Of a DNA stretch of 35,247 nt, positions 29,298-35,247 are shown piece after piece. Location: the NCBI GenBank assembly GCA_048213135.1, contig PS015043.1, forward strand, positions 195,744-230,990, read 5' to 3'. How positions within the stretch are numbered: the first letter of the stretch is position 1; each line of letters begins with the position of its first letter. The DNA comes from Reclinomonas americana ATCC 50394 (taxonomy: Eukaryota). Both the position numbers and the translations under genes were made by a program. The notes below the pieces were generated by a model. That model was not told where the DNA came from and searched no databases. It worked only from the letters and a program-made list of their open reading frames with translations.

Positions 29298-29670
29298 TTG
29301 TCTGTCCTATTCAATTGCCTTTCCATGTGACAGTGTACTTCACGAAGCGTCTTCGCACCGTCATCTTGAGTTGTCGTCCAGATGCAGCAGCAAGATAATG
29401 CTCTTGTCTCTCCTGGACTCCATCGGCGGTGGCGCGTTGTCGAGCATCCGACGACGACGTCGAGTGCATTTTCTAAATTGCCCAAGTCGAACGAACCCGT
29501 TATCATCGTTCTCCTTCTCCCTGTTGCCGAGTTGTAGCTGTACTCGCGTTTCGTGGTGCTCATAGTGCAGAAGAGAAGCTGCAAGACGAAGAAGAGCTGT
29601 CCTCATCAATCTGTCCTGCTTTCTGACGCATTCACCAGCTTGCGCGCTCTCTCCCTCCCTCTGTGACACC

Positions 29671-30759
29671 ATGTCCTCTCCTCCTCCTCCTCTCTTCCCC
29701 AGCATACGAGTGGTCAGCAGTGGCGGCTGTGTGCACTGTGTCACTTTCACTCCCGACAGCCAGCACATTGTGACTGGCAAGCAGGATGGCACTGTACGTG
29801 TGTGGTCACTGTCAACAAGAGATGAAGTGCATGAAATGCGCGGGCACAGCAAGTGGGTGGCATCATTGGCCGTCACTCCCGACGGTCAGTTTGTTGTCAG
29901 TGGCAGTGGGGACAAGACCGTGCGAGTGTGGTCTGCGACAAGTGGTGAGGAGTTGCGACGGTTGGAGGGTCACACCGCAGGAGTAATATGTGTTGCAGTC
30001 ACTCCTGACGGGCAGCATGTGGTGAGTGGGAGTGCTGACAAGACAGTGCGAGTGTGGTCGCTGGCGAGTGGCGAACAAGTGCATGTACTTGAGGGACACG
30101 CAGACTTGGTGTGGTCGGTCGCCGTCACTCCCGATGGTCGGCACGTTGTCAGTGGGAGTAACAACTCGGAAGTGCGAGTGTGGTCGCTGGCGAGTGGTGA
30201 GGAGGTGCGTCGCTTTGGTGATCGCTTCAATGGAAGAGTTTTGTCTGTCGCCGTCACTCCCGACGGACAGCACGTGGTGAGCGGGGGTAACAACAGGACT
30301 GTGCGAGTGTGGTCACTGGCGAGTGGCGAGAAGGTGCGACAGATGAAGGGCCACGCTGGTCCTGTGCATTCCGTCACTGTCACTCCCGATGGGAGGCACG
30401 TGGTGAGCGGGTGTGGTGACCGCACAGTGCGCTTGTGGTCACTGGCGACTGGCGAGGAAGTGTGCCGACTGAAAGGGCACGCTAGGGAAGTGCAGTCTGT
30501 CGCCGTCGCTCCCGACGGCCAGCACGTGGTGAGCGGATGCCGTGGCGGAATGCTGCGAGTGTGGTGCACGCCGTGTGCGTTGGCTTGGGATGAGATTCAC
30601 CGTGCGAGGGCGGCCTTGGAGGTCGTCCAGGAGATGCAGGAGGAGGAGGAGGACGACGACTCGCGCGTGCTGGTAGAGGTGGTGCTGCGCTGCTTCTTGG
30701 TGGAGGATGCCGAGTGTGTGTTGTTCCGATGTCGCGCGGACCCTTCAATGCATTTGTGA
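29671..30759 (+). CDS. Intronless WD40-repeat protein, paralog C (7 repeats plus tail)
   Basis: Complete 362-aa ORF, colinear with paralog B. Confidence 0.92.
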   Translation: MSSPPPPLFPSIRVVSSGGCVHCVTFTPDSQHIVTGKQDGTVRVWSLSTRDEVHEMRGHSKWVASLAVTPDGQFVVSGSGDKTVRVWSATSGEELRRLEGHTAGVICVAVTPDGQHVVSGSADKTVRVWSLASGEQVHVLEGHADLVWSVAVTPDGRHVVSGSNNSEVRVWSLASGEEVRRFGDRFNGRVLSVAVTPDGQHVVSGGNNRTVRVWSLASGEKVRQMKGHAGPVHSVTVTPDGRHVVSGCGDRTVRLWSLATGEEVCRLKGHAREVQSVAVAPDGQHVVSGCRGGMLRVWCTPCALAWDEIHRARAALEVVQEMQEEEEDDDSRVLVEVVLRCFLVEDAECVLFRCRADPSMHL

Positions 30760-31162
30760 GAGGGGAAGAGGAAGAGACAGGAGAAGCTGGTACTCTCTCT
30801 CTCTGTCTCATGATGCAGCAGCGTACTTCACGAGATTTGTGACATCAACTCTTCTTTTATTCCGTATGCAGCGAGCAGCAGGCACATCCTCTTGTCTCTC
30901 TCCGGCCTGCAGCCCTGAGCTCACCGACATTGAGTGTTTGTCAATCACTCGAGTCGAGTAAACTCCCTTTCTTCGTTCTCATTCCCCTATCGCCGAGTTG
31001 TAGTTGTATCCGAGTTTCGCGGTGCTCATAATGTTGAAAGACAACCTGTCCTCCCAGCACATTCTGTCCCCCAAGGCCCCCCAAATTCTCACGCGTACAT
31101 TCCTTGAGCGCTCCCTCCCTCCCTACCTCTTCCTCTCCTTCTCCCTCCCTCTCTGTGACACC

Positions 31163-32562
31163 ATGTCCTCTCCCCCTCCTCCTCCCCCTCTCNNNNNNNN
31201 NNNNNNNNNNNNNNNNNNNNNNNNNNNNNNNNNNNNNNNNNNNNNNNNNNNNNNNNNNNNNNNNNNNNNNNNNNNNNNNNNNNNNNNNNNNNNNNNNNNN
31301 NNNNNNNNNNNNNNNNNNNNNNNNNNNNNNNNNNNNNNNNNNNNNNNNNNNNNNNNNNNNNNNNNNNNNNNNNNNNNNNNNNNNNNNNNNNNNNNNNNNN
31401 NNNNNNNNNNNNNNNNNNNNNNNNNNNNNNNNNNNNNNNNNNNNNNNNNNNNNNNNNNNNNNNNNNNNNNNNNNNNNNNNNNNNNNNNNNNNNNNNNNNN
31501 NNNNNNNNNNNNNNNNNNNNNNNNNNNNNNNNNNNNNNNNNNNNNNNNNNNNNNNNNNNNNNNNNNNNNNNNNNNNNNNNNNNNNNNNNNNNNNNNNNNN
31601 NNNNNNNNNNNNNNNNNNNNNNNNNNNNNNNNNNNNNNNNNNNNNNNNNNNNNNNNNNNNNNNNNNNNNNNNNNNNNNNNNNNNNNNNNNNTTCCCCAGC
31701 TTACGAGTGTTCAGCAGTGGCGGCTCTGTGAACAGTGTCGCAGTCACTCCTGATGGCCACCACATTGTGACTGGCAACGAAGACGGCACTGTGCGAGTGT
31801 TGTCTCTGGCGACTGGCTGGGAAGTGCGACGCATGAAGGGACATAACAGCTTTGTACTCTCTGTCGCCATGACCGCCGACGGTCAGTTTATTGTGAGTGG
31901 CAGTGCGGACAAGACTGTGCGAGTGTGGTCACTGGCGAGTGGTGAGGAGGTGCTGCGAATGGAGGGGCACACTGCAGGAGTAATATGTGTTGCAGTCACT
32001 CCTGACGGGCAGCACGTGGTGAGTGGAAGCAATGACACGACAGTGCGCGTGTGGTCGCTGGCGAGTGGAGAACACTTGCGTGTACTTGAGGGACACAGAG
32101 ACTCTGTGTGGTCGGTCGCTGTCACTCCCGACAGTCAGCACGTTGTCAGTGGCAGTATTAACGCGGAAGTGCGAGTGTGGCCGCTGGTGAGTGGAGGAAA
32201 CGTGCGTCGTCTGGCCGGACACTTTAGTGGGAGAATGCATTCTGTCGCTGTCACTCCCGACGGACTGCACGTGGTGAGTGGGGGTAATGACTGGACTGTG
32301 CGAGTGTGGTCACTAGCGAGTGGAGAGGAGGTGCGAAAGCTGCAAAGGCACGCTGCTTCTGTGAATTCCGTCACTGTCACTCCCGATGGGAGGCACGTGG
32401 TGAGCGGGAGTGTTGACCACACAGTGCGCTTGTGGTCACTGGCGACTGGTAAGGAAGTGCGTCGACTGGAAGGGCACGCCAGTGAGGTGAAGTCCGTCGC
32501 TGTCGCTCCCGACGGCCAGCACGTGGTGAGCGGGGGCAGCGACCGATTGATTCGGGTGTGGT
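31163..32562 (+). CDS. Intronless WD40-repeat protein, paralog D (N-terminus and 7 repeats; tail displaced to 33335-33525)
   Basis: MSSPPPPPL[gap]FPSLRVFSSGGSVNSVAVTPDG..., seven repeats ending RLIRVW at a gap. Confidence 0.85.
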
Positions 32563-32754
32563 NNNNNNNNNNNNNNNNNNNNNNNNNNNNNNNNNNNNNN
32601 NNNNNNNNNNNNNNNNNNNNNNNNNNNNNNNNNNNNNNNNNNNNNNNNNNNNNNNNNNNNNNNNNNNNNNNNNNNNNNNNNNNNNNNNNNNNNNNNNNNN
32701 NNNNNNNNNNNNNNNNNNNNNNNNNNNNNNNNNNNNNNNNNNNNNNNNNNNNNN

Positions 32755-32909
32755 GCTTCTTCTCCACTCGCGAGGGCATACAGTCGCACGGTGCCATCGT
32801 GATGGCCAGTGATCACGTGCAAGTCGTCGGGAGTGACAGGAGTGGTCATGGAGCACATGGAACGCGCGCACTCAAACTCGCGTGTGGTGATGAGAAGAGG
32901 AGAGGTCAT
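32755..32909 (-). CDS. N-terminal fragment of a fifth WD40 paralog (E)
   Basis: MTSPLLITTREFECARSMCSMTTPVTPDDLHVITGHHDGTVRLYALASGEE matches the first blade of B-D and is truncated by a gap. It may be a pseudogene. Confidence 0.65.
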
Positions 32910-33334
32910 GGCAAGAAGGGAGTGAGCTGTGCGTGTGTGTGGACGTGTGAAGGGCGAGTTGAGATCCTGGCATAACTGCTCGCGCGCTGGAGCTTTTACC
33001 TTTCTAAGTGATGCATGAGACTGCCGAATGAACGTGCTTATGCATTGAAGGCAGGCAGAAAAGTCACCTGTTGCGATTTACCACACAGGAATCCGGACGT
33101 TGCCTGAAGGACGACAGTGCAACTCATTTGTTGCACCGCAACTGGAAGCAAAGACAGGGAGACGAGAAACACGACGTTTCTGGTCTTGGAGGGTCGGGTT
33201 GGTCACTCGACGTTGTCGCCGGTGATCATGAAGAATTCAAAGTCCACGGTGAAGACACCTCAACAAGACGGCCTAAAGACGATTCGTAAAAGTACACTGC
33301 TTCGTCACAAGGGATCAACACTATAGCCCTTCCC

Positions 33335-33525
33335 TCACAATCGCATCGAAGGATCCGCACGGCATCGGAACAACACACACTCGGCATCCTCCACCAAGAA
33401 GCACCGCAGCACCACCTCTGCCAGCACGCGCGACTCCGTGTCGTCCTCCTCCTGCGTCTCCTGCACGACCTCCAAGACCGCCCGCGCACAGTGGAGCTCG
33501 TTCCAAGCGAGCGCACACGGTGTGG
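33335..33525 (-). CDS. C-terminal tail of a WD40 paralog (most likely D)
   Basis: TPCALAWNELHCARAVLEVVQETQEEDDTESRVLAEVVLRCFLVEDAECVLFRCRADPSMRL*, closely similar to the paralog C tail. Confidence 0.85.
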
Positions 33526-34260
33526 NNNNNNNNNNNNNNNNNNNNNNNNNNNNNNNNNNNNNNNNNNNNNNNNNNNNNNNNNNNNNNNNNNNNNNNNNNN
33601 NNNNNNNNNNNNNNNNNNNNNNNNNNNNNNNNNNNNNNNNNNNNNNNNNNNNNNNNNNNNNNNNNNNNNNNNNNNNNNNNNNNNNNNNNNNNNNNNNNNN
33701 NNNNNNNNNNNNNNNNNNNNNNNNNNNNNNNNNNNNNNNNNNNNNNNNNNNNNNNNNNNNNNNNNNNNNNNNNNNNNNNNNNNNNNNNNNNNNNNNNNNN
33801 NNNNNNNNNNNNNNNNNNNNNNNNNNNNNNNNNNNNNNNNNNNNNNNNNNNNNNNNNNNNNNNNNNNNNNNNNNNNNNNNNNNNNNNNNNNNNNNNNNNN
33901 NNNNNNNNNNNNNNNNNNNNNNNNNNNNNNNNNNNNNNNNNNNNNNNNNNNNNNNNNNNNNNNNNNNNNNNNNNNNNNNNNNNNNNNNNNNNNNNNNNNN
34001 NNNNNNNNNNNNNNNNNNNNNNNNNNNNNNNNNNNNNNNNNNNNNNNNNNNNNNNNNNNNNNNNNNNNNNNNNNNNNNNNNNNNNNNNNNNNNNNNNNNN
34101 NNNNNNNNNNNNNNNNNNNNNNNNNNNNNNNNNNNNNNNNNNNNNNNNNNNNNNNNNNNNNNNNNNNNNNNNNNNNNNNNNNNNNNNNNNNNNNNNNNNN
34201 NNNNNNNNNNNNNNNNNNNNNNNNNNNNNNNNNNNNNNNNNNNNNNNNNNNNNNNNNNNA

Positions 34261-34308
<48 letters not shown>

Positions 34309-35078
34309 TTCTCGCTTTGTCGCTCTCCATTCTCATTATGACTTTGATGCCAATATGTAAGTATAGCAATCGCGATCGTGTTTGACTGGCACGGTGCTGC
34401 ACCAGGATAGCACACCCGGCAAGTGCCGCTTTCTTTCACTCCCGGCAACAGCTCAACTAATTCAACAGCAACATCCTCAAAATGGAGATCTGGGAAAAAC
34501 TGCAAAATGTTTCTCCCGAATTCAGTACCCGTACCAAGCAGCTCAAAGACGGATCGCGACGGCTTCTGACATGCGCCCCACGGCAACTGTGTAAACGCTC
34601 TGCCCTTGCCCTCAGACCCTTGCTTGCAAATGCACCTTGGCATACAAAACGATATCGATTCGATAACCTTGCAACTGGTAAACTTCTGGCGAAAAGCCCT
34701 GTTCTGACGCTGCCAGCGTGGTCTGCATGATGAATACAACTGAGTAGAAGGTGACCGTAATGCACTTACGAGATAACACGAAAGAAACCGAAATCCGAAC
34801 ACGACGCGGCCGTTGATCGCGAGTCACAAAATTGGCGCCAAACTCCATCCAAATCATCGCTCTGTGAGAGGGAACAGCCAAAGAGAGTCGATCGTGTGAC
34901 AGTGAGAACAAGAGAGACACACACACAAAACAGAGGCACAGCGAAAGAGAAAGAGAGAGTGATCGCTTTTTGTCTGAACAGGTGCGCTTATGTCTTTCTC
35001 TTGTGCTCTCTCTCTCTCTCCTCTGTCTCATGTGTGCCTCCAGTGACGCGTGTGTGAGAGAGACAGAAGAACAGCATT

Positions 35079-35202
35079 ATGCGCAAGGGAGCAGGAGCAG
35101 GCGCCAAGGCCGCGGGCATCCGCGAGGTGTTTCGTCCCATTGAGCGATACTCGCGACTCGATGAGGAGTTGACGTTTTCGCAGCAGCACTCGGGCACATT
35201 GG
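35079..35202 (+). CDS. Probable first coding exon of a gene that continues past the window; weak resemblance to the N-terminus of ACAT/DGAT1-type MBOAT acyltransferases
   Basis: ATG...MRKGAGAGAKAAGIREVFRPIERYSRLDEELTFSQQHSGTL-G followed by a G|GTGAGT donor. A possible 5'UTR intron starts at 34982 (G|GTGCGC...ACAG). The product guess rests only on an RxSxLD motif. Confidence 0.45.
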
Positions 35203-35213
35203 GTGAGTGAGTG

Positions 35214-35246
<33 letters not shown>

Positions 35247-35247
35247 G

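Noticed and set aside
26159-32562. 126-bp periodicity resembling a CRISPR array or satellite
   Set aside because: Fully explained by 42-aa WD40 coding repeats.

Overview
Eukaryotic, GC-rich, intron-dense genomic scaffold with N-gaps and CT/CA microsatellites. It probably comes from a flagellated protist, since it encodes NPHP4; the species cannot be identified from sequence alone. Manual spliced reconstruction gives, in order: the 3' end of a coiled-coil gene (+), OST5/TMEM258 (-), an 11-exon SLC49/DIRC2-FLVCR-like MFS transporter (-), a 24-exon NPHP4 (+) with an inserted FN3-like domain, a Pro/Ser-rich ubiquitin-like-domain gene (-), a tandem array of intronless 7-bladed WD40 genes with a shared C-terminal tail, and the first coding exon of a further gene. 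The main finding is a strict two-class 5' splice-site rule. All 31 reconstructed donors whose exon ends in G are ordinary G|GTnnG-like sites and none is G|GTTG. All 11 donors whose exon ends in A, C or T read |GTTG(C/A)(G/C), which is the consensus shifted by one nucleotide. All gene models were built by hand with no transcript data or database search.
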